Source of the DNA: the human T2T-CHM13v2.0 reference genome, Homo sapiens
Strand: one strand, 5' to 3'
Length of the DNA: 64,000 nucleotides
NCBI RefSeq assembly: GCF_009914755.1
Contig: NC_060928.1
A model generated the notes under the pieces. That model was given only the letters and a program-made list of their open reading frames with translations. It was not told the origin of the DNA and searched no databases. The translations under genes were made by a program, and so were the position numbers. Positions 1 to 14,449 of the stretch are shown here, piece by piece. Each line of letters begins with the position of its first letter. The stretch's first letter is position 1.

Positions 1-1124
1 ATGTAATTCTTGCATAATTAAAGAGAAGGAGCTCATGAGCAAAAGTGTATATTTCTCTTTGGTACAATTACTAATATCCGAACTCAAGTTCAGGGTGTTG
101 CTTTAGGTATCCAAATATAGCATGTTGCAGGAATTTACTCCATGTTACAAAGACATGCCCTGCTGACCACTGTGCAAATGAGGAGCTCACATTCTGGCAC
201 TGTTCTAAACATAAGCCTGTCTTGACTGTGCTGAGCAGCTGAGCATCTAAAGTCTCGTTCAGAAGTGACCCCAGGAAGTCTATAAAATCAACTGAGTTAG
301 GATGAAATGTGAAAGGCCCGAAACTTACTCAACTTTTAGATTTGAAAAGTTATTATTTTCTTTCTTTTATATTAGTTTAAAAATTCTTATTTTTAAATCC
401 CTGCAATACTGAACCTTAGGTTAATTCAGTTTTCCTGTGATAAATTATGTGTATCAGTGTAAAGAGAAACTGAGATTTTTTGTAACTTGTAACACTCAAT
501 TGAAATTGGATTTAAAAGTAGTCAATACTGGTGTACACCTGTGTTGTTTTAGAATATGGTATTTTATATAAACATTCCAATAACACAAATATTTTTCAAA
601 CTGCTAATAAGTTTTTAGCTTCTATCAACATTTCATATAGCCAACTTTAAATATATTTACTTTTATTAATAATGTTTAGTCTTTCTTCTTCCTGACCCCC
701 TTGCCAAACCTTTTGGTAGATATAAAGATGTTTTCATGCTTTAAGAGAAGGCAGTATATGTTTGTAACACATACTGTTTGTAACAGTCTGTACTGTTTTT
801 AACTCTACTCTCCTGTCTCAGGATATCAGAAGTTGATTTCCCTAAAATGCATTAATTTTCCCAAAGAAACTTTTATGCCAGTTGCTTTTAATTAAAAAAA
901 TTATTAACAAGCCAGTTGCTTTCTTAACATTAAGAATGACATTACTAATGTTTTTAAAATCATAAATTTAGGACATAGCAGTTTTAAAAAAGTAGTATGA
1001 AAGCTATTAAAAAATGAAAAGCAGAATACATGTAATGTGTATGCTTGTTATATCCAAGGTCTGCCACAGCTGATGGTGAATTCGGCTGTATCTTGAGGTT
1101 TGAGGTTTCCTCAGAACGCAGGAG

Positions 1125-1381
1125 ATGGTTAAGAGTTGGCCTTTGAACTCAGTGGGCGTAGTTCTAAATCCTGTTTCCACTACTTACTTGGTCTGTGAAT
1201 TTGAGCAAGTGGCTTAAACTCTGAGCTTCAGCTTCCTAATCTATAAACCAAGGATTATAATATTACATCTGATACCTACTTCATAGGGTTTTTGAGTTTT
1301 ATGAGAGGATTCATGTAAAGCATGTAGCAGAGTTTCTGGAAATTGCCAAGTGCTCACAAAATGTTTGGTACTACTATTATT
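1125..1381 (+). mobile_element. MIR SINE
   Basis: MIR core ctacttacttggtctgtgaatttgagcaagtggcttaaactctgagcttcagcttcctaatctataaa; boundaries approximate. Confidence 0.75.
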
Positions 1382-3019
1382 AACATGTCTCTACATACAC
1401 AAAAATGCTTTATTATTAGAAGTTAGGTTTTCCCCCACAGTATTTAGGTGATTTCACAGATCATCTTTAAGATATTTTGGATAGTATATACTTATATTAA
1501 ATATAACAAATGAAAAGTTATATGGTAGTACTTCACTAGGCTGTTTTGTATTTTTAGGCTTGTAACTTAATACAGGCATATGGCTAAGTGCTTTGGGTGC
1601 ATTGGTTTTGTAAGATTGCCTTTTACACATGAAAGGAACAAGTAAATACATATATTTTAATCTTTTAAAGTTTATCTTTTATACTGATTTGTTTATATCA
1701 GGTTTGCTTAAAGCAAGGCACACAAATTCTCTTCCGATACCACTGTCGACCACACAACTTTAAATTGCTACCTCCACTATGTTATTTATAAGCCTCTTTG
1801 GTTCTGTTCTGGAGCCAAGGATTCACCAGTGCTGCTTTAAAGTGAGATATCAGGCAGACAGTATTATTTATCTTTCACACAATTATGGGATAGCAAATTG
1901 ATAATTAAAAACAAAACAAAACAAGTTCTTTTATTTAAGGAAGACTAAAAGTCAGTTATACATTCAGCTAATACTTAAATGGCAACTTGGTGTGTTTTCT
2001 ACAGTCCTTGTCTTATAGCAGCTTGCAGTATAGCAGGAACATAAGATATAAGCAAACAGTTACAAAGTAAGGCAGCCCATATGATGTGCCATTTTGTAGA
2101 AATAGTTAAGCAGTATAGAAATTCATGGGAGAAAGAGATTGCTTTCAGCTAGAGTATTTCATTCACTTAAACCTAGTTGTACAGCTGGGATGTACCTATG
2201 CATGACTCGTGTCTTTTTTGGAAGGCTGCTTCAGCTGGGTGGCCACAGCCAGTTGCTTTTCTTCTCTATTGGTGGCTATTTTCACCCCTTACAATCTCTT
2301 CATTCTCCCTGTGATTAGGACCCCACTGCTGTCAAAAAGCTTTCTGCTCTTAGGCACAGTTTTCATCCCTTTTTAAGTGCTGATCCAAAATAGTGACATG
2401 GTGGTGGGACCGAAAGTAGCAGACAGATGGGGAGAAGAAAGGGAAACTGGGTGCAGAATCAGGAACCTCATTCTCTGTTGTAGAAATTGCCCTTTTGATA
2501 GCAGCATGGGTGAGGAGTAATGAAAAGGAGAACCCTCTGTTCCTGTGAAAATCCACAAATGTATAGTCCCGCCCTTCCCCATATTTTACCTCCCCATACT
2601 CTCTCATCTCCTGGAATTTCGATTCCATACATCATCCTGTCCCCACTTTCCCATCCCCCACCATCTCCTTTGTTCCAGAGCCATGCTGCAGTTCTGAATC
2701 TCCTGGCTGTTTGAAATGTTGCCTTTCGAGCTGTTAGAGCCCCTCTTCCAAGTTGTAGGAATCACCTCCATGATGAAGAACTGACGTAGCTCCATTGAGC
2801 TTTTCTGTTACTCCCTCCAGGCCTTTAGTAGGCCCCAATGTATACTTGATGTCTCTAGGAGAATCCTGAGTCCATTAATGTAATTGCCTGTGGCAGATTG
2901 CTCATATATAATGTTTAACTTTGGCATTACTGTTAGTACTATATGTCTGAAAGGTTTGTTTCTAAGAGAAAATATGTTTCAAGTTTTAAACAGTGAGCTG
3001 TTCTAAATCAGCCATCTAT

Positions 3020-3225
3020 ATTAGTAGTGGACTTACAGTCAGAAGGTTAGAGTTCAATTCTAGCTCTCTCAGTTATTCTGTGTGACCATGTGTGTGATCA
3101 CTTGGCCTCTCTTGGCCTAGGTTGTTTGTATAGAATGTAGAGATAATAGATTTCTTTCAAAGATAGTTGTTGGGGGTTAAATGAGAATGTATGTAAAGAT
3201 GTATAGTAAAATATAAAGCCCCATA
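3020..3225 (+). mobile_element. MIR SINE (diverged)
   Basis: gagttcaattctagctct...tgtgtgaccatg...cacttggcctctcttggcct...gttaaatgagaatgtatgtaaag. Confidence 0.6.
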
Positions 3226-4008
3226 GTCCTAAAGGAATGTGGCATTTTTTTGTGTGTTAATCATGACTGTGTTAGGTAAAATAACAAGTTCCTGCCCTCT
3301 AAGAACTCATCATCCAGAGGATAAGATGAACATGGACAATTACGTTATGGTATATGATAAATCCTATGGCAGATATAAGTATAGGTGACCAAGGAGCACA
3401 AAGAAGAGCAGCTCTAATCTGGAAATGAATGGATAGAGAAAACTTCATGAAGGAGGGAGCTTCTTATCTAAGTCTTAAAGAAGAGCGAGCCTGGCAAAGA
3501 AGGAAGAAAGGAAAAACATTCCATATTGAAGGAGAGACAGTGGGGCCTGGGGGAACATTGTACAGAAAGCTCCAAGTATGGCTGCAAGTATGACTAGACC
3601 ATAAACTATCTGTGGTACCTTATCTGATTATTAGGACCACTTAGCTTATTTTGAAGAGGCGGTGTTCCTGCACAATGTTTAACAACTCTAGAAACAGGTT
3701 TGGTCTGAAACTTGGTTTGACCATTTACGAATCTTTTATACCTAATTAAGAACCTCGACTCCATACACTTTTAGATTCAATATGATGATAAAAGTGTCTA
3801 CTTAAAAGGCTTATTACAATGATCATTTGAAATAATGTTTGCAAATCTCCTGGTATTTAATGAACACTTAATAAATGTTAGCAGTTTTCATCGCTATCCT
3901 GAAAGTTCTTAGGGCCATTCTTTCCCTCTCAGTATTCTGTAATCTACTGTTCTAGGCTAACACTTTAGCAATGTTTTATTAATAAATACCAACTCTTGTT
4001 TATTATAA

Positions 4009-4350
<342 letters not shown>

Positions 4351-4388
4351 TAAAGGTGGTCTAGATCAATTTTATTATTTTGCATGTT

Positions 4389-6812
4389 AAGATGCAAGGA
4401 CTGTTCAACACACAAATCAATAAATGTGCTACCTCACATCAATAGAATCAAGGTCAAAAACTATATGATCTTTTCAATAGATGCTAAAAAGCATTTAATA
4501 AATTCAGCATCCCTTCATGATAAAAACCTTCAACAAATTGGGTATATAAGGAGCATACCTCAACACAATAAAGGCCATATATGACAAGCCCAAAAGCTGT
4601 GTGTTTCGTGCCGAATGGGGAAAAATTGAAAGCCTTTCCACTAAGATCTGAAACAAGACAAGGATGCCCACTTTCACCACTTTTATTCAGTGTAATACCA
4701 GAAATACTAGCCAGAATAATTAAGCAAAAGAAATAAATAAAAGGCATTCAAATTGAAAGGGAAGACGTCAAATTATCCTTGGTTGAAGGGGACATGATCT
4801 TATATTTAGAAAAACCTAGACTTCACCAGAAAACTCTTAGAACTGATAAATGAATTTAGTAAAGTTACAGGATACAAAATCAACCTACAAAAGGCAGTAG
4901 CATCTCTATACATTAGCAGAGATCACTCTGAAAAAGAAATCAAGAAAGCAATCTTCTTTACAATAGGTACCAAAAAATATACCTAGAAACGAATTTAACC
5001 AAGGAAGTGAAAAATCTCTACAAAGAAAATTATAAAACACTGATTAAAGAAATTGAAGAGGATTCACAAAAAAGGAAAGATATGCTTATGGATTGGAAGA
5101 ATTCATCTTGTTAAAATGTCTTTACTACCTAAAGTGATCTACAGATTTAATACAATCCCTATCAAAATACCAATTATATCCTTCACAGAAATAGAAAAAA
5201 AAATCCTAAAATTTGTATGAAACCACAAAAGACCATGAATATCTATAGCAATTCTTGAGCAAAAAGAACACTGCTGGAGATATCACACTACCTGAATTCA
5301 AATTATATTACAAAGCTATAATAACCAAAGCATCATGGTACCGGCATAAAAACAGACACATATACCAACGAAACAGAATAGAGAACCCAGAAATAAATCC
5401 ATACACTTTTAGCCAACTCATTTTCAACAAAGGCACCCAAAATGTGCATTGGGGAAGGAATGGTCTGTTTAATAAATGGTGCTAGGAAAACTGGATATCT
5501 CTATGCAGAAGAATGAATCTAGATCTCTACCATATGCAAAAATCAACTCAAAATTGATTAAAGACTTAAATGTAAGATCTGAAACTATTAGAAAACATTG
5601 AGGAAAGGCTTCAGGACATTAGGCTGGACAAGAAGCTTTTTGGGTTAAGACCTGAAAAGCATAGGCAACAAAAGCAAAAACAGACAAATGGGATTGTATC
5701 AAGCTAAAAAGCTTCTGCATGGCAAAGGAAACAATGAACAAAGTGAAGAGACAACCTATGGGGTGGGAGAAAATTTGCAAACTATCCTTCTGACAAGAGA
5801 TTAATAACCAGAATATATAAGGAACTCAAACAGCTCAATAGCAGAAAAACAAATAATCTGAGTAAAAAATGGGCAAAAGACCTGAGTAGGCATAAAGACA
5901 TACCAGTGGCCCACAGGTATACGAAAAAATGTTCAGCATCACTAATCATCAGGGAAATGCAAATCCAAACTACAATGAGATATTATCACACTCCAGTTTG
6001 AATGGCTGTTATCAAAAAGACAAAAAATTACAAATGCTGTTGAAGGTGTGGAGAAAGGGGAACTCTTACATACTATTTGTGGGAATGTAAAGTAGTACAG
6101 TTATTAAGGAAAACAGTATGGAGGTTTCTCAAAAAAACTAAAAATAGAGCTAGCATATGATTCAGCAGATTCACTGCTGAATATATGTCTAAAAGAAAGG
6201 AAATCATTGTTCCAAATGATACCTGCACTCTCATGTTTACTGCAGCACTATTCACAATAGGCAAGATGTGGAATCAACCTAAGTGTCCATCATCAGGTGG
6301 ATGGATAAAGAAAATGTGGTATGTATACACAATGGAATATTATTCAGCCATAAAAAAGAATAAAATCCCGTTATTTACAGCAAAATGGAACTGAAGATCA
6401 TTATGTTAAGTGAAATAAACCAGGCACAGAAAGACAAATATCACACGTTCTTCCTCAGATATAGGAGCTAAAAAAGTGGATTTTATGGAAGTAGAGAGTA
6501 GAATGGTGGTTACCAGAGGCTGGGAAGCGAAGAGGGGAATGAAGAGAAGTTGGTTAATGGGTACAAAAATGCAGTTAGGTAGAAGTAATAAGTTCTAGTA
6601 TTTGATACTAAAGTAGGGAAATTAAAGTTAACAGTAATTTATTGTGTGTTTCCAAATAGCTGGAAGATAATTATAATGGTTCCAACATGGAGAAAAGATA
6701 AATGTTTGAGGTGATGGATATCTCAGTTACCCTGATTTGATCATCACACATTGTATACGTGTATCAAAATACCATATGTACTCCCAACATATGTATAACA
6801 TCAATTTAAAAA
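4389..6812 (+). mobile_element. 5'-truncated LINE-1 (L1MA-type), ORF2 RT/C-terminal region plus 3'UTR
   Basis: ORF2 remnants ([58 protein letters not shown]) with stops and frameshifts; L1MA-like 3' end and A-tail. Confidence 0.93.
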
Positions 6813-7203
6813 AGAGAATCTGAGCTGTAGTTAAATAATGTGGCTATGATATTATCCTGAATCAGTGGCACAGCTGGGAGTAAAATCAGGTCTGTTTCCA
6901 TTCCAGAGTTCTTTTCATTAGTCTTAGAATAAATTGCCAAAAATCCCTTTGAGACACTGACCTGTAGCACTGGCCACAACTTCAAGCAGAAACAATATAA
7001 GTTAACATTTTAGAAGCTGGCATTTCTGTAGCTCTGCAGATTGGGAAAGATACCTTTAAAAGGAATGGTGTATCTCTCTCTGCTTGCCCTCTGATGGAAG
7101 TGTTGTTTAGCAACAGCATCTATAAAAGATCAGTGAGAGGCAGGTAATAAGGAACCAGATAATTCTTAAATGAGTAATTCTTTTACCATCAAGAATTTCT
7201 TAT

Positions 7204-7258
7204 GTAATGAAAAATCACTTGTACCCCAAAAGCTATTGAAATTTAGAAAATGTTAAAA
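7204..7258 (+). mobile_element. Very short L1 (L1PB/L1MA-type) 3' end
   Basis: aatcacttgtaccccaaaagctattgaaat plus A-rich tail, flanked by perfect TSD AAGAATTTCTTAT (7191-7203, 7259-7271). Confidence 0.75.
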
Positions 7259-7344
7259 AAGAATTTCTTATACATACAAATCCTTGTCTCACCATTAAAA
7301 TGTAAAATTAGATTTTCATAAGACTTATTAATTAAACATGTTCT

Positions 7345-7860
7345 ACGTCATTCAACAGCATCCAACAAATAATTTGTTGAGTGCCTTTATACCAAGTGCT
7401 AGGGTTAGAGTGATGAGCAGAAGACTTATACTTTACTGAAATAAACAGTTGTTGAAGTAACAATCATACAGATAAGTAGTTATAGTTATTTAAATGCTAT
7501 GCATAAAAGCTACTAAGGGATTAATAATCAGGGGCTGGGTGTGGTGTCTCATACCTGTAATCTCAGCACTTTGAGAGGCAGAGGAGTTCAAGAGATCAGC
7601 CTATGCAACATAGCAAGACCCTATCTCTACAAAAAAAGGAAAAAAAAGGTTATATAGTAATGTTCAGAAAGGTTCACTTGAAGAATTAAAGTTTTAGCTG
7701 AGATATGAAGGTTTAATGAAACAAAAAGGTGGAGGGATAGCAAAAAGGAGCTTATACTCAGCAAACAGCACGTACAGAGGCCCTGAAGAAGGACATAGTA
7801 TGATCTGTCCTAAGAAATGAAAGACAACTAGAGTATTTGGAACAGAGAATGCTAATAAAA
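7345..7860 (-). mobile_element. L2 fragment interrupted by an Alu monomer
   Basis: cattcaacag...tttgttgagtgcctttataccaagtgctagg L2 3' end in reverse; resumes after 7650. Confidence 0.55.
7533..7648 (+). mobile_element. Alu left monomer (FLAM-like) with internal deletion
   Basis: ggctgggtgtggtgtctcatacctgtaatctcagcactttgagaggc...gcaagaccctatctctacaaaaaaa. Confidence 0.8.
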
Positions 7861-9189
7861 AATGCAAGTCCTGGTCATGAGAAGAGAAGTGAAGGTGTTT
7901 ACTAAGTATCACCAAGGAAACCACAGCAAAAGGAGAAGTGAATCTCCCCCCAAAATAAATGGTTCTGTTAGATCTGTTGTTTTAAAGATTCGTTGTCAAG
8001 ACCACTACAATTTTCAATTTGCTAAGCAGAGTATTACTAAGATTTGGGCAGTTTTAATATGTTCTTTTTCATTTGATTTTTCTTCCTTTCTGTACTGACT
8101 TACTGGAAATTGTGGGATGACTTTGATGTGCTGAAGTGTTTAGATCAGGAATTTTCACTGTTGAACAGTCATAGAGAGAATCTTATCTTGTTTTCTTGGC
8201 TGGGGATTTTGTGTGGGCGTGTGAGGTACAGCTGCACCATGAGTTTTTTGGCAGTGAGGACAGGGCAATTCTCAATGCAGTTCATCTTGAATAGGAAGAA
8301 ACTTAAGAGTAAAAAGTCTACTTTGAATGCACTAAATTCAGTGGAAAACACCCAGGGCCTGAACCTTCAGCTGACATCCTGTTACTTGGTTAAATGGATA
8401 CAGCAGCCTCAGGCCCATGTCCAGGTTTTATGGTAGGAACACATGAAGGGGAGAACAGTCAAGGCTTTGTTTCAATATAAAACTATCAGTTACCACATCT
8501 AGTTTTAAATGTTTTTGGTTTTTGTTTGTGGTTTATTTAAGCTTTTTCTCTAAAGAACACTTAATAAAAAAGGCAGATTGATGGAAACCTAGCTTTGCTT
8601 GCAAGTATGAATTCATATTTTTATGTAGCTTATCAGAAAGATTTTTTCAGATTTATTTATATACAGATGGATTCCCAGATCTGCTTTTATTGCTCACGTT
8701 TTCTTCACTCTCCCTTGATCTCTTCTGTAGTCTATAAGCATTAACCCTCAAATTAAATGCAGACAGTATAGAACTATTCATTTGTAAGCACACTTACATC
8801 CTTCCCTTTGCATAAACTCATCATTACTCTTCATAAGCAGAAACCTCTGAACTGCGTCCAGCGCTTAACTGCTTGTTTATATCTTTACTGTTATTTAGTA
8901 TTACTACTTTCAGAGTAGTATAAAGTTTTGTTCTGTGAACAGTTTGCCTGAGTTCAAATCCAGTCCTGCTGCTTACTTTGTTGGTTCCATTAGCTTTTTA
9001 GTTTTTAACTTCCAAAATAAAGATAATTATGTTAGAACCTCGTAAGTTTTTTTTAAGACTTAAGAAAATGCATACAAAGGACTTAATTTAAAATAAATAT
9101 CCAGGAGAAGAGATGCTAGTTATTTTATTCTTGATTTAGGTCCAGTCTTCTAGAATCTATTAATAGCTGTCTTTTCTGGTTGATGTCAT

Positions 9190-10175
9190 TTAGTCTAAAG
9201 ATCATCTGTATGTTGGTGACTTCCCACCAATACCTCTGTTCCTAACCTCACTTTTTCCTAAGCTCCAGACTTGCAGATCTGACTGCTGCTCTATTATCTA
9301 CACTTAAATGTCAAATGCATACTTCAAACATAACGTGTCTTAAAACAACTTTTGATCTCTGTCACCGGCCCCTGCTCGTTTCCCCAATCTTTTCCTCCCC
9401 ATTCTTTTCTATCTCAGTTAATGGTAGCACCCTCTGTACTTTTGGCTTTTGTTTAGCTACCAGCCCCTGTCCATTTCATCAGCACATCTTAATAGCATTA
9501 TCCCCAGAATATATCCTGAATCTGACTCCTTGTTGTCATCTTATCTACTACTATCATAGTCTAAGATGATGACCCTTTCCTGTCTAGGCAATTATATAAG
9601 GAATGGTCTTCTTATTTCTCCGTATTTCATGATAAGACTGGACCATTTTTAGTCTTATCATGAACAATCTATTCTCCACATTGAAGAACAACATTCTAAA
9701 AAAAGATTATTCCCCTTCTTTTTATTGAAATTAGAAAACTGTCCAGAGTTCTTGAAAGCCTTTCATGACCTAGCTCCTCTCTGACTTTCTGCCAGTCTCT
9801 CAAACACTGCTAGTTCATTCCATCTGAAGGCTTTTTTTTACAGCCTTTTCCTCTCTTTGGGATATTTTTCACCCATGTCTTCACAATGGGACTCCTTGCA
9901 ATTTTTAGGTCTCAGATGTCAGCTCCTTAGAGAGGCTTACCCTGACATCTTTCCTGCTTTTCTTAAGTTAATCACTATCTGAAATTTCCCTTCCTCTTCT
10001 TCCTTCTTTCATAAAGTGCCCCTCCCCAAACCCAAAGGAATTTAAGTTCCATACAAGGACTTTATCCGTTTTATTCACTGCCATATGCCCAGTGCTTAGA
10101 ATGAAATCTGGTATTCAGAATGTTTTCGGTATTACAATACTATATGGGTGGATGGCTAGATGAAAGAATGAACAA
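9190..10175 (+). mobile_element. L2 LINE 3' portion
   Basis: ctccagacttgc...cttcaaacataacgtgtc ... ttattcactgccatatgcccagtgcttagaa...gaatgaa; approximate. Confidence 0.65.
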
Positions 10176-10477
10176 GTATGTATCTGGTAATTTTCTACAA
10201 CCAGAAAAATGATAGATTATTTCATTCTTACAAACTTGTATAGGTGTTTATTTTCGAATTAATCATGCTAATCTTTGTCCTAATTGCTTTTACTATCACT
10301 TCTGTTTTTGATTGTAAGGCTTTCTTCTTCTCATAGAGTGCTAGATACAGTTTTGGTACTTAATGTTGATTAAATTGAAAATGCAATCTAATATCTTTAT
10401 ATTCTCTGAAATTATAGAATATGTATTTCTGAAAGCAGGTGTGTTTAAAATATGCATTCCCCTTTTATCTCCTGCAG

Positions 10478-10589
10478 TTCATAATTGGACCCTTGAAGAC
10501 ACTCTTCAGTGGTTGATAGAGTTTGTTGAACTACCCCAATATGAGAAGAATTTTAGAGACAACAATGTCAAAGGAACGACACTTCCCAG
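10478..10589 (+). CDS. STIM2: STIM2 coding exon (inferred exon 4), start of SAM domain
   Basis: cctgcAG|TTCAT...CCCAG|GTgagt, 112 nt; translates (V)HNWTLEDTLQWLIEFVELPQYEKNFRDNNVKGTTLP(R), recognisable STIM SAM sequence with NWT glycosylation sequon. Confidence 0.97.
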
Positions 10590-11049
10590 GTGAGTCTTTG
10601 TTATGCAAATGTATTTTCCACTCAGGGAGAATTATATGCTAGATGTCATTTCCCCATACTGAATCTACAAGTTACTTCCGTGGCTGAGGGCACAAAGGAA
10701 ATATAAATATATCCATTCTTTAATCTTTCTAAATTATGCATTTTCAAGTTTTAATCAATTTTTCTTGTCTAAATAATCAGGCTCTTGGAAAAATTATTTC
10801 CAAGGAACATGATTTTGAGTTTCAGAAGATGGGTCAACTATATCATTTGTAAATAACATCAAGGGTCAACTTTTGGCCAATCTAAGAAAAACTTTTTTAT
10901 TTGATACTGATTCATTTTTATGAACACATCTACTTGAATGAATTAATGTGCGTCTCTTTCTTGTGACATTTTAAATGACAATAACCATCGAATTATGGCG
11001 TCTATACGTTATACCTGAATTTTAAAAATGAAATTAATAAAAAATAGCA

Positions 11050-11240
11050 ACCATTTTAAAATGTATGCTACATAGAAGTACTTTATATTATCTCATTTAA
11101 CCCTCATGATTAAAATGAGGTATATATTGTCCTTCCCATTTTACAGGTTAAAAAAACCAAGTCAGAGACAAGTTAAACATTTTGCCCAAGGCAGCATTTA
11201 AACCCAGATAGATTTGATAGCAAAGTCCAGGTTGCCAGTT
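11050..11240 (-). mobile_element. MIR SINE
   Basis: tatctcatttaaccctcat...cccattttacaggttaaaaaaaccaagtcagaga...ttgcccaagg. Confidence 0.65.
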
Positions 11241-13044
11241 TATCCCTTAGGTGTCTGAATCCAGTTGTTCTCTAAATTTTATTTTCTAAATTATATCTAA
11301 ATTGTATCATTTGCAAGTACCAAATGATATAATTTAGAAATTATAATTTTTAATTAATTTAATTAACTTAATAATCTTGAAGGATTTAAATGTCAAAATT
11401 TGCAATGATTCTACCAGAATTTTTTACCCTTACAAGATTGCTTCTTAAGTTTTATTTTTCCCTGGATGATTTCCTACATCCAAAAAGACTCTAATCAGTT
11501 ATTACAATCTAATCATTATATGTAATGAAATATATACATTGTGTCCCTAGTCAACTTCCTTACATGCCCTATTTAGATAAGTATCCTTTGTTGCTTTGAG
11601 GTTTGTATTTTGATCAAGTTGAAAGTTTTCAAATCTGTTTTAAATGTATTCTGAACATCAACATTAGTATTTCTGATTTTATTATACACATGACTAGAAT
11701 GATGAAATTATAGGGATAAGAGTCAATTTGATAAGTACTTACTGAATATCTTTTATGTTCATGGTACAACTAGATGCTTGAAAGAAGACAAAAATCAAAT
11801 AAAATATAGTTATTTTAATTAAAACAAGTTCTTAAATTAAAACAGAGTCAAACATTAAAATGAGATTAGAATTTATTTATTTATATATGTTGCCCTGGGT
11901 ATGAGGAACAATAGGAATTTTCTTGTTGCCTTTTGAGAAACTTGTTTGTTTAACAACAACATGAAATAAAATAGGCTAATCTGAGTTTTGACAGTCAGTG
12001 TTATAGCTACTCATTTCCTTTGGTTAAGTAAAGATGATCAGAGATGCTTCCAATTCTGGTAAAATTGTGACATCACACACTTGTCAAGATCAACTCCTTA
12101 AATAGTGAACATGTTACTATAGAAAAACATTATAACTTCAGTTTTCAGGTCAGCCCATTGGAACCTTTTTTAGTGGAGGAGAAAGGAGAACAGTAAACTC
12201 TTCCTTAAGCCCCTATTATATAGTAATGGAAATTAGATGAGTCAACTTAAAGGGGCAATATCAATTAATTTCAATTATTATGTAAGTTCCAGAGCTCTTT
12301 GTATGGTATCTGTAGACATAAGAACTAGTTACAAGAATGTATAAGAAAATGTATTACATATTCTATAGATAGTTGGCCTACAACAGTCCATTATGATGTT
12401 TCTTTTCTGTGACATTAAAACCCTTTACATTTGCTAAAGGTAGCCAAAACTATGTTTTATGTTGGCTGTAGTGGTTATCTTAAACCTTTCGCTGTGTTTT
12501 CTATACTCTGTAATTCTTACTGCCAAACATTATACTAAGGCTGTCTTCACCTGACACATACCACCTCATTTCTTTCAGGCCTATGTGGCCTTCCCTGACA
12601 CCCTCACCCACTCAGGTGGAATCATTTTTACCTCTGGACTCATATTGAATCTCGCATAAAATTTTGTTATGTATTTTCTTTTTTACTACATCTCATTGTC
12701 TTTCTTAGTCTATTGATAGTTTGCTATTAATTCATGCATCCATACCTACATACATTCATTCAGCTATTATACAAACATTTATCAAGCTTCTACTTTTGGC
12801 AAGTACTACATTAGGCTTTGGGGATACAGAGATACGACATAGTCTTTGCCTTCATGCAATTTGATAAGTGTCATGTTAAAGGTGTAAGGGAAGCATTATA
12901 CGAAAGTACCTGTGGAGAAGATAAAGGAAGGCATTTCAGAGAGGGAATGTTACAGTTCTTTGCTCTTTAAGGTTTTATAGAAGCCTCATAGGAGTTCCTG
13001 TAATTTTTCCATACTTAGAGAGTACTGATATCTTTCTATACAAA

Positions 13045-13270
13045 ATGTAGTGTTTCAAAGTAGTCTTTGGAATCGTACATATTTGGGTTTGAATCCTTGC
13101 CTTACCTATTACTAATTATGTAACCTTAGGCAAGTTACTCAACCTCTCACAAGTATCTTCACCTATAAAATGGAAATACTATTATAAGGTTTTCTTGAGT
13201 ATTAAGCCATTGGTACAGGACCCAGCATATATTATATGCCTGTGTTTATTGTCATTGTTATTATTATTAG
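13045..13270 (+). mobile_element. MIR SINE
   Basis: tgggtttgaatcct...tactaattatgtaaccttaggcaagttactcaacctctc...ctataaaatgg. Confidence 0.7.
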
Positions 13271-13729
13271 ACTTTGTGTAATGAAATCTTTACTAGCATC
13301 ATACTTGGTTGTTAAGAAATCTTAGTTGAGTACTGGGTTGCTTGTATTTACAGTCCATAATAAAGTGATTTTATTTCCTTATTTTACCTGTGCCTCCTAC
13401 GTGCTTTCTTCATAGCTAATAAAATGGTTTAGTACTTATTATTATATAAATTCCTCTACCTACCTACCTCAATCCATGAAGGCTTTTTATTTCCCACTTG
13501 TGACTTCAATGTACTTTGTTCAATTTTTAAACAGTTAAACATTAGAATGTTAAAAGTATAGATTTTTTGATACTTTTAAAGAAAATCAATATGATCTAAA
13601 TTGAAAACTTAATTGTTTTTTAAAGTCTGCTATAGATGTTAAATTAAGTTACTTATGGTTTTATTATCCTTTGTGAAAGGATAATAAGTGACAGAAGTAA
13701 TTAATGACTATAAAATATTTTCAACTTTA

Positions 13730-14046
<317 letters not shown>

Positions 14047-14292
14047 CTAAATCATAGTAAGTCATAACAGAAAGTAACCTTAGAAAACCAAAACTTTTTC
14101 AATGTAGCTACTAAATTATTAACATACAGGAGTCTTTCTACAGCTAAGTTTGCACTGAAGAGGTTTTTGAAACATGTAACAAATTATTAAATCACACATG
14201 GATGAGCTCCAACAGTGATCATCAATAATATGTAAAGTGTTAAATGTGTTGCTCAAATATTTAAATTTGTATACTAGAAATATTTTCATTTA

Positions 14293-14449
<157 letters not shown>

